From Bacteroidales bacterium (GTDB lineage Bacteria > Bacteroidota > Bacteroidia > Bacteroidales > CG2-30-32-10), in assembly GCA_050013795.1 (NCBI GenBank), contig JBEKEO010000002.1, positions 1-51,191 of the forward strand: a stretch of DNA of 51,191 nt, in the 5' to 3' direction. The notes under the pieces are model-generated. The model had not been told where the DNA came from. It saw nothing but the letters and a program-made list of their open reading frames with translations, and did no database searches. Of this stretch, positions 39,262-48,364 are shown piece by piece. Each line of letters opens with the position of its first letter. Within the stretch, counting starts at the first letter, position 1. Position numbers and translations under genes: made by a program.

Positions 39262-39451
39262 ATTCTCTTTCAGGCAGTATTGCTTTACTATTATTCTTTG
39301 CAGGGGGGGAATAATTACTTTTGCTTTTCAGGTAATGGGTATAAAGGTATAGGGTATAATCCGTTCTTTCTTATGCCTTTATACCTTATACATCTATACC
39401 TTTTTATATTAATAAAATGTATGGTTTTATTTCGTTTTTAGTATAAAAACA

Positions 39452-39484
39452 AAAAGAGTATTTTCTGTCGAGCGATACTCTTTT
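39452..39484 (-). terminator. Probable terminator
   Basis: AAAAGAGTAT..ATACTCTTTT. Confidence 0.55.
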
Positions 39485-39501
39485 CGTTATTATGCAAATA
39501 T

Positions 39502-40251
39502 TTACTGTTCCACAATGGTATTGCCTTCCATGGTAACTCCACCGGTTCTGGCTAATGCTCTGCCATTAAGTGTTGCTCCTGTATTGAAAGTGATAGATTG
39601 CATTGCCATTATCGTTCCATCAAAAACTGAAGTAGTTCCAAAAGTTGCAGAACTGCCAACCTGCCAAAAAATGTTGGATGCAATGGCTTCTCCGCTTAGG
39701 ATCACTTTACGTCCTGATGTAGTGGTAAGTGATGATGCTATTTGTATAATGAAGACAGCATTCGCATTTCCCTTTGCATCAAAAGTCAGATCACCAGATG
39801 AAATCGCCAGAGAAGAAGTTGACTTATAAAGTCCGGGGGTTAGGGTAAGCCCTCCGATATTTCCCGATAATGTTACTATATCCGTACAAGTACGTCCGGC
39901 AGCATCATTATACGCTGCAGTCAAATCAAGTTTTGCCTGGTTGGCTATAACATCATTGATGTGTTGGGTGCCGTTCAATATCCCCGGAGGAAATCCGCCT
40001 ACTGAAGAACCTGGACTTAGTCCAAGATCACCTGTAATTGTTGTTGCTCCTGTACTTGTAACTGTTGAACCTGCAAGAACTGCAAGATTAGCTGCACCGG
40101 CAAGTGTCACCATTGACTGCACAGTGGTTTGAAGGGGTATTACAATTGAAGTGGTTACTGGAGTTACAGGATCAGTATTATCTTTTTTACATCCTGCAAT
40201 TAGAACAACCAATACTGCCATAAAGGTTGTTAATAGTTTTTTCTTTTCCAT
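39502..40251 (-). CDS. Ice-binding-like lipoprotein, single DUF3494
   Basis: Start probably ATG 40251 (the track's GTG at 40284 coincides with the predicted TSS); lipobox LIAG-C then KKD; GLTLTPGLY..NIFWQVGSSAT..GRALA. Confidence 0.9.
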   Translation of the reverse strand: MEKKKLLTTFMAVLVVLIAGCKKDNTDPVTPVTTSIVIPLQTTVQSMVTLAGAANLAVLAGSTVTSTGATTITGDLGLSPGSSVGGFPPGILNGTQHINDVIANQAKLDLTAAYNDAAGRTCTDIVTLSGNIGGLTLTPGLYKSTSSLAISSGDLTFDAKGNANAVFIIQIASSLTTTSGRKVILSGEAIASNIFWQVGSSATFGTTSVFDGTIMAMQSITFNTGATLNGRALARTGGVTMEGNTIVEQ

Positions 40252-40316
40252 TTTTTTGTTTTTTAATTGTGAATGAATTTTCACGTTACAAAGGTGGGTC
40301 CTTTAATTCGGTGAAG

Positions 40317-40354
40317 TGTTACATAACTATACAAATAAGTTACATCATTCACAC
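40317..40354 (-). promoter_or_regulatory. Cluster operator copy 6
   Basis: TGTTACATAA-N13-TTACATCATTCACAC; -7 CACCTTTG at 40289-40296. Confidence 0.85.
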
Positions 40355-40413
40355 TTTTATATAACAATAAGGAAATACTTCCATTATAAAATGAAAGTGT
40401 TAATTAAAGCAAG

Positions 40414-40451
40414 CGTTACACAAATTATGTAAAGAAATACATGATTCAAAC
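40414..40451 (-). promoter_or_regulatory. Cluster operator copy 7 (degenerate, no -7 element)
   Basis: CGTTACACAA-N13-ATACATGATTCAAAC. Confidence 0.6.
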
Positions 40452-40665
40452 ATTTTTAAGTACAATGTTTATTTGATAAAGTAATTTGCAACAGACATAG
40501 GCATTAAGCATATGTCGTCGACAACTGAATAGGGAAACAGCCAAAATAAGGTATTTATATTTCATCTGATATATTAAGTAGAATATATTTTTGAAGTTTT
40601 ATCTGCAGAATATCCTCTTCATTATTACATTTTTTAAATCAATATAAATTTCATACCAATTAAAT

Positions 40666-40703
40666 GTGTGAATCATGTAAAATATTTTTAAAATTATGTA
40701 ATA
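40666..40703 (+). promoter_or_regulatory. Cluster operator copy 8 (upstream of DUF748 gene)
   Basis: GTGTGAATCATGTAA-N13-TTATGTAATA; -7-like CACCTTTA at 40724-40731. Confidence 0.8.
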
Positions 40704-40863
40704 CGGTACTCGTCAAACATATTCACCTTTATACAATTTTATTTTGACTCAAATACATAATCTGATAATAGAAGAAAATAAAACTTTTTTCCTGTAATTG
40801 TATTTATATGATGTACTTAAAATATTTTGAAACGGGGAAATAGCAAACTCTATAAAAGCTTAC

Positions 40864-43194
40864 ATGCATAAATTGAAAAAAATATTGTTAATTATTATCG
40901 GTATCATTATAATCATTGGTGTGATTATTATTTTATCCGCTTCTTTCATTACAAAATATTTAGTTGAAAAGTATAGTGTAAAATATACGGGACGAGTGAT
41001 TACCATGGATTGGGCTTATACAAATCCCTTTACCGGCTTTGTACATTTCAGTGATTTTAAAATGTATGAATTCAAAAGTGATAGCGTCTTCTTTTCTGCA
41101 AATAACGTTAGTTTTAATATTGCATTGCTCGAACTGTTTTCCAAAGATTATAAAATAAGCGAATTAACATTAGATCATCCACGCATAATAGTGTCTCAAA
41201 ATAAAAAGGATTTTAATTTTAATGACATGATTGAAAAGTTTTCTTCTAAAAAGAATTCCGATACAACAAAAGAGCCTGTTCATTTTAGTATTCTAAATAT
41301 AAAAATAAATGACGGAGAATTCTATTACAGGGAAAAACAAATTCCTATAAATTATTTCATTAAAAATCTATATATCGAAAGCCCCGGAATAAGGTGGGAT
41401 GCAGATACTATTGCTGCAAAATATTCTTTTTTATCAGGCATCGGCAGTGGAGATATGAAAGGCTATTTTTCAATGAATCTAAAGACCTATGATTATCGCT
41501 TAACGGATGTCGTTCATAAATTCGATTTAAAAATAATAAATCAATACATTAAAGCGATGGTTAATTATGGAAACTTTTCTGCCAGTCTGGACGCAAATAT
41601 TCGTGCAAACGGAAATTTCCATGATGCAGGAAATATTAATATTAAAGGAATGCTTGCAATTAATGACTTTCATGTTGGTAAGAATATAACTGATGATTAT
41701 GCAGCATTTAAGAAATTGTCAGTAATTATTATTGAACTAAGTCCCAATAGTAAAAAATATCTTTTCGATTCGGTTTCACTCAGCTATCCTTATCTTAAAT
41801 ATGAGCGTTATGATTATCTGGATAATATGGAAATGATGTTTGGGAAAGGTGGCGCCACCATAGCAGCCGCTAACAATAATTCCGCACCATTTAACCTTGT
41901 TCTTGAAATAGGCGATTATATAAAGGCATTGTCGAAAAATTTTTTTAATAGCGATTACAATATTAACCGGATAACTATTAACAATGGCGAATTAAAATTC
42001 AATGATTATTCAATAAGCGAAAAATTTACTATGGACTTTAAGCCTGTATCTGTTTTTGCCGATTCCATTGACAAGAATCACAAACGTGTAAGCGCAATTT
42101 TTAATTCCGGCATTTATCCGTATGGTAATGTATCAGTCGCTCTTAGTATAAATCCAAAGGACAGTGGGGATTTTGACATGCAATATAATCTTCATAAGCT
42201 CTCTCTTACTATGTTTAATCCCTACATTATTAATTATACTTCATTCCCTTTGGACAGGGGAACAATGGAATTCAACGGTACGTGGCATGTAAGAAACAGC
42301 ATCATACAAAGTGAAAATCATCTGGTTATCATTGATCCGCGTTTGACCAAACGACTGAAAAATAAAGATACAAAATGGATACCTATGCCTTTAATAATGT
42401 CTTTTATTCGCGAAACGGGTAATGTTATTGATTATGAAATCCCAATAAGCGGTAATTTGAAGGATCCTAAATTCCATTTGTATAATGTACTCATCGATTT
42501 GCTGGAAAATATTTTTCTTAAACCATCATCAACATCTTATATAGTGCATGTAAAAAATATTGAAAATGACATTGAGAAATCACTTACTGTTAAGTGGGAG
42601 ATGCGAAATAATTCACTTTTACCTGATCAAGAAAAGTTTATTAAAAGAATGACAGACTTCCTGGTGAAAAATCCTGCTGCTTCTATTACTGTTTATCCGC
42701 AGCAGTATGAAGTAAAAGAAAAAGAATACATCCTGTTTTATGAAGCAAAGAAAAAATATTTCCTACTGACCAATAATAAGAATACTCAATCTTTCAGTAG
42801 AGCAGATTCAATAAAGGTTGATAAAATGTCTGTAAAAGATTCTTTGTTTGTTCTTTATTTAAACAAGCGGACTTATGGTTTAATGCTATTTACCATACAA
42901 GAGAAATGCTGGATGACCATAGGTTCAGCAATTATCAATAACAAATTCAATCAGTTAACTTCTGAAAGAGCGAACGCTTTCATTATGTACTTTGAGGAAA
43001 AAGGAGTGGGAAAACAGGTGAATATATTAGCTGGACAAAACGTTATTCCTTACAACGGTTTTTCATTTTACAAAATAGTTTACCATGGTGAATTTCCTGA
43101 ATCATTAATAAAGGCTTACCAGAAAATGAATGACCTGAATGATGATGAACTCAGAAATAGATATGAGGTGGAACGGAAGAATATACCCTTATAA
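40864..43194 (+). CDS. DUF748 / AsmA-like domain protein
   Basis: N-terminal TM anchor, NPFTG, FNFNDMI, IDYEIPISGNLKDPKF. Confidence 0.8.
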   Translation: MHKLKKILLIIIGIIIIIGVIIILSASFITKYLVEKYSVKYTGRVITMDWAYTNPFTGFVHFSDFKMYEFKSDSVFFSANNVSFNIALLELFSKDYKISELTLDHPRIIVSQNKKDFNFNDMIEKFSSKKNSDTTKEPVHFSILNIKINDGEFYYREKQIPINYFIKNLYIESPGIRWDADTIAAKYSFLSGIGSGDMKGYFSMNLKTYDYRLTDVVHKFDLKIINQYIKAMVNYGNFSASLDANIRANGNFHDAGNINIKGMLAINDFHVGKNITDDYAAFKKLSVIIIELSPNSKKYLFDSVSLSYPYLKYERYDYLDNMEMMFGKGGATIAAANNNSAPFNLVLEIGDYIKALSKNFFNSDYNINRITINNGELKFNDYSISEKFTMDFKPVSVFADSIDKNHKRVSAIFNSGIYPYGNVSVALSINPKDSGDFDMQYNLHKLSLTMFNPYIINYTSFPLDRGTMEFNGTWHVRNSIIQSENHLVIIDPRLTKRLKNKDTKWIPMPLIMSFIRETGNVIDYEIPISGNLKDPKFHLYNVLIDLLENIFLKPSSTSYIVHVKNIENDIEKSLTVKWEMRNNSLLPDQEKFIKRMTDFLVKNPAASITVYPQQYEVKEKEYILFYEAKKKYFLLTNNKNTQSFSRADSIKVDKMSVKDSLFVLYLNKRTYGLMLFTIQEKCWMTIGSAIINNKFNQLTSERANAFIMYFEEKGVGKQVNILAGQNVIPYNGFSFYKIVYHGEFPESLIKAYQKMNDLNDDELRNRYEVERKNIPL

Positions 43195-43246
43195 TATAAT
43201 GCTATTGAAATTTAAGCTAATTCATTGATAAATCATGTCCTTCAAT

Positions 43247-43284
43247 GTGTGAATCATATAACTTTTTGAAAAAGTTATGTAACG
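43247..43284 (+). promoter_or_regulatory. Cluster operator copy 9 (upstream of first MlaEFD operon)
   Basis: GTGTGAATCATATAA-N13-TTATGTAACG; -7 TAATTTTG at 43305-43312. Confidence 0.85.
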
Positions 43285-43334
43285 CTTTCCGCCTAACATG
43301 TTTCTAATTTTGCAATAGCAAAAGGATATATGAA

Positions 43335-44177
43335 ATGAAAAAATTCAACCCTGTTATTAAAGTAAAAAGTCTTGCAACAAAGCAATCTATTAATCTCAGT
43401 GAAAAGACCGTAAGTAAAACGGAAGCAGTTAAGAGTTTTTTAAATGAAGTTGCGGATTTTTTCTTGTTTATAACACGAATCATAAAGGAAACATTTTCAC
43501 GCAACTTTGAATTCAAAGAATTTTTTCGCCAGTGTTTTCAGATAGGTTATAAAACCTTACCGCTAATTTCAATAACAGGAATCATTATGGGATTGGTTCT
43601 TACTATTCAAACACGCCCGGTACTTGCCAGTTTTGGAGCGGTGACCATGCTTCCCGGAATGATAGCAGTGTCTCTCATCAGGGAAATGGGACCGGTGATA
43701 ACAGCGCTTATATGTGCAGGGAAAGTTGGTTCCGGAATGGGCGCAGAATTAGGCTCAATGAAAGTAACAGAACAGATAGATGCTATGGAAGTATCATCTA
43801 CCAACCCCATGAGGTTTTTGGTTGTTACCAGGGTTCTGGCAGCAACGCTGATGATACCTTTATTAATATTATATGCTGATGCACTTGGAATATTTGGAAG
43901 CTGGGCAGGCGCAAATATTAAAGGAGATGTAACATTTGTTTTGTTCTTCTCGCAGGCATTTAGTCATGTTGATTTTATGGATTTCATGCCTGCTGTAATA
44001 AAATCATTTTTCTTCGGAGCGGTTATTGGATTAGTTGGGTGCTACAAGGGATATAATGCAGGACGCGGGACAGAAAGCGTGGGTATTGCAGCAAATTCAG
44101 CAGTTGTGCTTGCATCTCTCCTTGTGATAATTGTTGATATGGTTGCTGTACAAATTACGGATATGCTGATAAAATGA
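43335..44177 (+). CDS. mlaE: MlaE family ABC permease
   Basis: REMGPVITAL..AELGSMKVTEQIDAME. Confidence 0.92.
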   Translation: MKKFNPVIKVKSLATKQSINLSEKTVSKTEAVKSFLNEVADFFLFITRIIKETFSRNFEFKEFFRQCFQIGYKTLPLISITGIIMGLVLTIQTRPVLASFGAVTMLPGMIAVSLIREMGPVITALICAGKVGSGMGAELGSMKVTEQIDAMEVSSTNPMRFLVVTRVLAATLMIPLLILYADALGIFGSWAGANIKGDVTFVLFFSQAFSHVDFMDFMPAVIKSFFFGAVIGLVGCYKGYNAGRGTESVGIAANSAVVLASLLVIIVDMVAVQITDMLIK

Positions 44178-44956
44178 AAACTGATCAAACAAAAATATTG
44201 CATGATGCCTCGTTGAACACTAAGAAGGATGAACCGGTTATAGAAATTAATAACCTGAAGAAATCTTTTGGAACTCAAGAGGTCTTGACAGATATTTCCT
44301 TAAAACTATTTAATGGTGAACACCTGGTAGTGCTTGGTAAATCAGGTGGCGGTAAATCTGTTTTAATAAAATGTATTGTTGGTTTATTGTCTGCTGACAG
44401 TGGAACAATAAATGTGTTCAATAAAAATGTGACAGTATTAAGCAGAAAAGAATTAGGTGTATTAAGGCAGAAAGTTGGTTTTCTTTTTCAAAGTGGCGCA
44501 TTATATGATTCTATGACTGTAAAACAAAATCTTGAGTTTTCTTTACGTAGAATAAAAAAGGATCTTACTGAAAAAGAAATTGAAGAAAAAGTAAATGAAG
44601 TTTTAGAGCATGTTGGCTTAGCAGATGCACTGTATAAAATGCCTTCGCAACTTTCAGGCGGGATGCGTAAACGAATAAGTTTGGCCCGCAGCATAGTGGT
44701 CGATCCTATGATCATGCTTTATGATGAACCTACCACAGGACTTGACCCAATAACTTCCGATGAAATAAGTTTTCTTATTAATGATATTCAGAAGAAATAT
44801 AAAACTTCTTCTATTATTATCACTCATGACCTTAAATGTGCTCTTAACACAGCAAATAGAATTATCATGTTAAACGATGGAGAAGTTTATAAGGAAGGGA
44901 AAGTTGAGGATTTTGAGAATTCAACAGATCCCTTAATTCATTCTTTCTTTAATTAA
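44174..44956 (+). CDS. mlaF: MlaF family ABC ATPase
   Basis: GKSGGGKS, FQSGALYDSMTV, LSGGMRKR, YDEPTTGLDP. Confidence 0.92.
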   Translation: MKTDQTKILHDASLNTKKDEPVIEINNLKKSFGTQEVLTDISLKLFNGEHLVVLGKSGGGKSVLIKCIVGLLSADSGTINVFNKNVTVLSRKELGVLRQKVGFLFQSGALYDSMTVKQNLEFSLRRIKKDLTEKEIEEKVNEVLEHVGLADALYKMPSQLSGGMRKRISLARSIVVDPMIMLYDEPTTGLDPITSDEISFLINDIQKKYKTSSIIITHDLKCALNTANRIIMLNDGEVYKEGKVEDFENSTDPLIHSFFN

Positions 44957-45013
44957 AGCTGAGGGCAACGTTACAAATCTAAAATCATAAATCTAATTCT
45001 AAAATTTTTAAAA

Positions 45014-45718
45014 ATGGATACGCACACACAAAAATTCAAACTTCGTCTGGGGATGTTTATTGCTGGAGGAATTATACTTTTTGTAATTGCCATTTTCTTT
45101 ATTGGTAAACAGAAAAATTTATTCAGCCCTGTTTTTAAACTTACTACAACTTTTTACAATGTAAGCGGGTTACAGGTTGGCAGTAATGTCCGCTTTTCAG
45201 GAATCAATATAGGCACAGTTGATAATATTGTTATTATAAATGATTCAACAGTACAGGTTGATATGCTTATAAGGAAAGATATTAGGCAATTCATCAAAAC
45301 GGATTGCCAGGCAGGGATAGGCTCTTCAGGAGTTATTGGCGATCGCATCTTGATCATTACTCAAGGCTCTACCGAAGCTCAGTTAGCAAAAGATGGGCAA
45401 CATATTACCTCAAAAGAACCAGTTGAAACAGATGCCATCATGAAAAGCCTCAAGGGAACTGTTGATAATACCGAAATTATTTCAAAACAACTTGCAGAGA
45501 TAATGGTTAAAGTAAACAGTGGTAACGGAACACTGGGCAGGTTAATACAGGATTCAACCATTGCCGAAAATATTAATCAAACTATAGTGAATCTTAAACA
45601 AAGTTCTAAAGGATTAGATGAAAACATGGAAGCGGCTAAACATAATTTTTTATTAAAAGGGTTTTATAACAAGAAGAAAAAAGAAGAAGAAGAAAAAGTA
45701 AAAGATGAACAGAAATAA
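45014..45718 (+). CDS. mlaD: MlaD/MCE family protein
   Basis: VSGLQVGSNVRFSGINIGTV; helical tail with GTLGRLI. Confidence 0.9.
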   Translation: MDTHTQKFKLRLGMFIAGGIILFVIAIFFIGKQKNLFSPVFKLTTTFYNVSGLQVGSNVRFSGINIGTVDNIVIINDSTVQVDMLIRKDIRQFIKTDCQAGIGSSGVIGDRILIITQGSTEAQLAKDGQHITSKEPVETDAIMKSLKGTVDNTEIISKQLAEIMVKVNSGNGTLGRLIQDSTIAENINQTIVNLKQSSKGLDENMEAAKHNFLLKGFYNKKKKEEEEKVKDEQK

Positions 45719-45757
45719 TTATTATGATGATATTTAATAGCTTAAAAACAAATCATA

Positions 45758-46678
45758 ATGTATTTTAAAAAAGTAACAAAAAAAACCTCTTTTCTTTTAA
45801 CAGAAACCTTTAAAGAATTTATAAACGATAATGCCATGAAGTTAAGCGCTGCATTATCGTATTATACCATTTTCTCTTTGCCGCCGCTGCTTATCATCAT
45901 CATAAGCTTATGCGGATTCTTTTTTGGCGCTGAAGCTGTGCGGGGCGAAATATTCGGACAGATCAACGGACTAGTGGGTAATGATGCCGCACTGCAAATA
46001 CAGGAAACAATTAAAAATGTAAAACTATCAACCAGCAATACATTTTTTACTACCATAGGCGTGATTGTATTACTAATAGGAGCATCGGGTGTATTTTCAG
46101 AGATACAGGGTTCCATAAATTATATCTGGGGCATCAATGCAAAACCAAAACGCGGTTTGATAAAATTCCTTATAAACCGACTTACTTCATTCTCTATGAT
46201 TGGGTCTGTAGGGTTTTTATTATTGGTGGGTTTAATTATAAATTCATTAATGGATGTGTTGAACAAAAGGCTGGCGGTATATTTTCCGCTCGACGCTATT
46301 TATTTATTTTATGCCATTAACATACTTATCGTTTTCCTTATCATTACGCTTTTATTTACTGTTATTTTTAAAACACTGCCCGACGGAAAAGTGGTTCTGC
46401 GTGATTGCATCGTAGGGGCATCGTTTACCGCTTTTCTTTTCATGATTGGTAAATTCGCCATAGGTTATTACATCGGGAGGTTTAATTTTGGCTCCATTTA
46501 CGGCGCTGCTGGTTCTATTATTTTAATTCTACTGTGGGTTTATTATTCAGCCATTATACTTTATTTCGGAGCCGAATTTACCAAGGTATATGCATACACT
46601 CACGGGCAAAAAATTATACCCAACAAATATTCAGTGCATATATCAACACAAAAAAAGAAATTTATGCACAGAAAATAA
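45758..46678 (+). CDS. YihY/BrkB family membrane protein
   Basis: SAALSYYTIFSLPP, YGAAGS..LLWVYYS..YFGAEF. Confidence 0.92.
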   Translation: MYFKKVTKKTSFLLTETFKEFINDNAMKLSAALSYYTIFSLPPLLIIIISLCGFFFGAEAVRGEIFGQINGLVGNDAALQIQETIKNVKLSTSNTFFTTIGVIVLLIGASGVFSEIQGSINYIWGINAKPKRGLIKFLINRLTSFSMIGSVGFLLLVGLIINSLMDVLNKRLAVYFPLDAIYLFYAINILIVFLIITLLFTVIFKTLPDGKVVLRDCIVGASFTAFLFMIGKFAIGYYIGRFNFGSIYGAAGSIILILLWVYYSAIILYFGAEFTKVYAYTHGQKIIPNKYSVHISTQKKKFMHRK

Positions 46679-47135
46679 CCTAAATTTTCCAATTTCTATT
46701 AATTTCATTCCCAACCGCCTGCCGGCAAGGCAAGCTTGTTCTCAAATCAAAAACATAAAATTCACTCACTACCTCACCTAAAAAAGCCTTAATTTCTGGC
46801 GGATTGTAAGGAAATGCAATAACCTTATAATGATTGTGCATATTATTAACCGAATACTTCAAAGAACTATGCCGAAACTGGAAATTATTAGAATGAGAAC
46901 GTTTTTAACTCTGTAGGAATTAACAATGTGTAAAAGGTGAAGTAATCTACACAAAAACCGTAAATAGGTCACTATAAAGGTTAAGCAATAAGTAAGTTAT
47001 GCATAAAGCGACAAAAAAATATGAGTTTAAAAATTAAAAAAACTTATAAAAAATTATGTTTACTGCAAAATTACTAATGAATTCTATAAAAATCGACGTT
47101 TCGCCTATATACCTTATACCTGTAAACCTCTAACG

Positions 47136-48305
47136 TCAATAATCAATCAGTTTTAAAGAATGAAGTAGTTTTCGTTCGGCTTTTAAAATAGAGAAGCGGT
47201 AACCTACAAATATCATGAATTTACCAAAACTATAATCAATATTTGAATTCACTTTTCCGATAGATAAAAAATATTCAAACATTCCCATTGCGCCAACAAT
47301 ATATCTTCCGTTATCATATCCTAAAGCAAACCTAACATCTGATTTTCCTGTACCGAAAAAAAAATGATGATAAGCAGAATTATCATCACGAGCGTAATTC
47401 ACTTGTTCTCCACCAATACCTTGAACAAGCGAGGCAGTGGCGTAGCACTTTTTAAGAAAAACAAGTGTATAAATATATCCCAGGTTCAATCCAAAGTTTT
47501 GTATACGTCCGCTGCGAATTAAGGAAAGTGTATTGAAACTGCTACTGAAAGGATAAGAAACAAGAGATGGATTGCCGCTTGCATCAAAATAAAAATAATA
47601 TATACCCAGTAAAAGCGAACCTGCACTTTTTTTCTGTTGCTCCGCAAACGCAAATGAATTTCTGTAAGAGATTTTTTTGTTATTTACAATATAATAACTA
47701 CTTACTCCTATGTTTGAAGCCCTCACATCGGAACGTATTGCGTATAGGGTATCGCTAATATAATTGTTGTATGATTTTGAATTTTTAATGTAAAACCCGC
47801 TATAATTTTGCACAAAAATATCAGTAGTAATTTTCCTGCCATAAAGATTTAATTGAAAATCATGATATTTTGTTGTACCTTTAATATCATTATCTTTAGT
47901 AAATATTTTTACACCCGTATTGACAATAAAGCTTACCCATCTTGAACATACGCCTATACCTAAATCATATTGCAAGTTGGGCACAAAAATTAATTTGTTT
48001 CCGCTATTCAAATCCATTAAACTGAATTTTAATAACCGTGTTGATATTGGTAATGTAATTACTAATCGCTTATAATAAGATTTAATATAATCCGTATCGT
48101 AATTAACGGTTCGCTCTTTGGTAATAATAAAAGCAGTGCTTCTGGGCATCCACATCCATTTTTGCGAAAGGGTTTTGTGAGGTATATCCCAAATTGTTTT
48201 AACTGAAGTATTCTTTGGTGTCGAGGAAGCATCTTGTGCATTACTGTTTATGGTTGCAAGGGACATCAATAAAAAATAAACAATCAGAAAAGCTTTTGTT
48301 TTCAT
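47136..48305 (-). CDS. DUF4421-like outer membrane protein
   Basis: Signal peptide; DFQLNLYG..YSGFY..EQQKKSAGS..FVGYRF. Confidence 0.7.
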   Translation of the reverse strand: MKTKAFLIVYFLLMSLATINSNAQDASSTPKNTSVKTIWDIPHKTLSQKWMWMPRSTAFIITKERTVNYDTDYIKSYYKRLVITLPISTRLLKFSLMDLNSGNKLIFVPNLQYDLGIGVCSRWVSFIVNTGVKIFTKDNDIKGTTKYHDFQLNLYGRKITTDIFVQNYSGFYIKNSKSYNNYISDTLYAIRSDVRASNIGVSSYYIVNNKKISYRNSFAFAEQQKKSAGSLLLGIYYFYFDASGNPSLVSYPFSSSFNTLSLIRSGRIQNFGLNLGYIYTLVFLKKCYATASLVQGIGGEQVNYARDDNSAYHHFFFGTGKSDVRFALGYDNGRYIVGAMGMFEYFLSIGKVNSNIDYSFGKFMIFVGYRFSILKAERKLLHSLKLIDY

Positions 48306-48364
48306 CGTTCATATTAAAAAAATCAGTATAATCAGCTTATTCTATTATCAAACATCCTACATTT

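Noticed and set aside
39223-39441. 72-aa ORF
   Set aside because: Overlies operator copy 5 and the short-period repeats; no protein features.
46680-47135. Gene or riboswitch in the 450-bp gap between convergent operons
   Set aside because: Only short ORFs without recognisable motifs and no known RNA consensus; only a degenerate palindrome and TATACC units are supportable.
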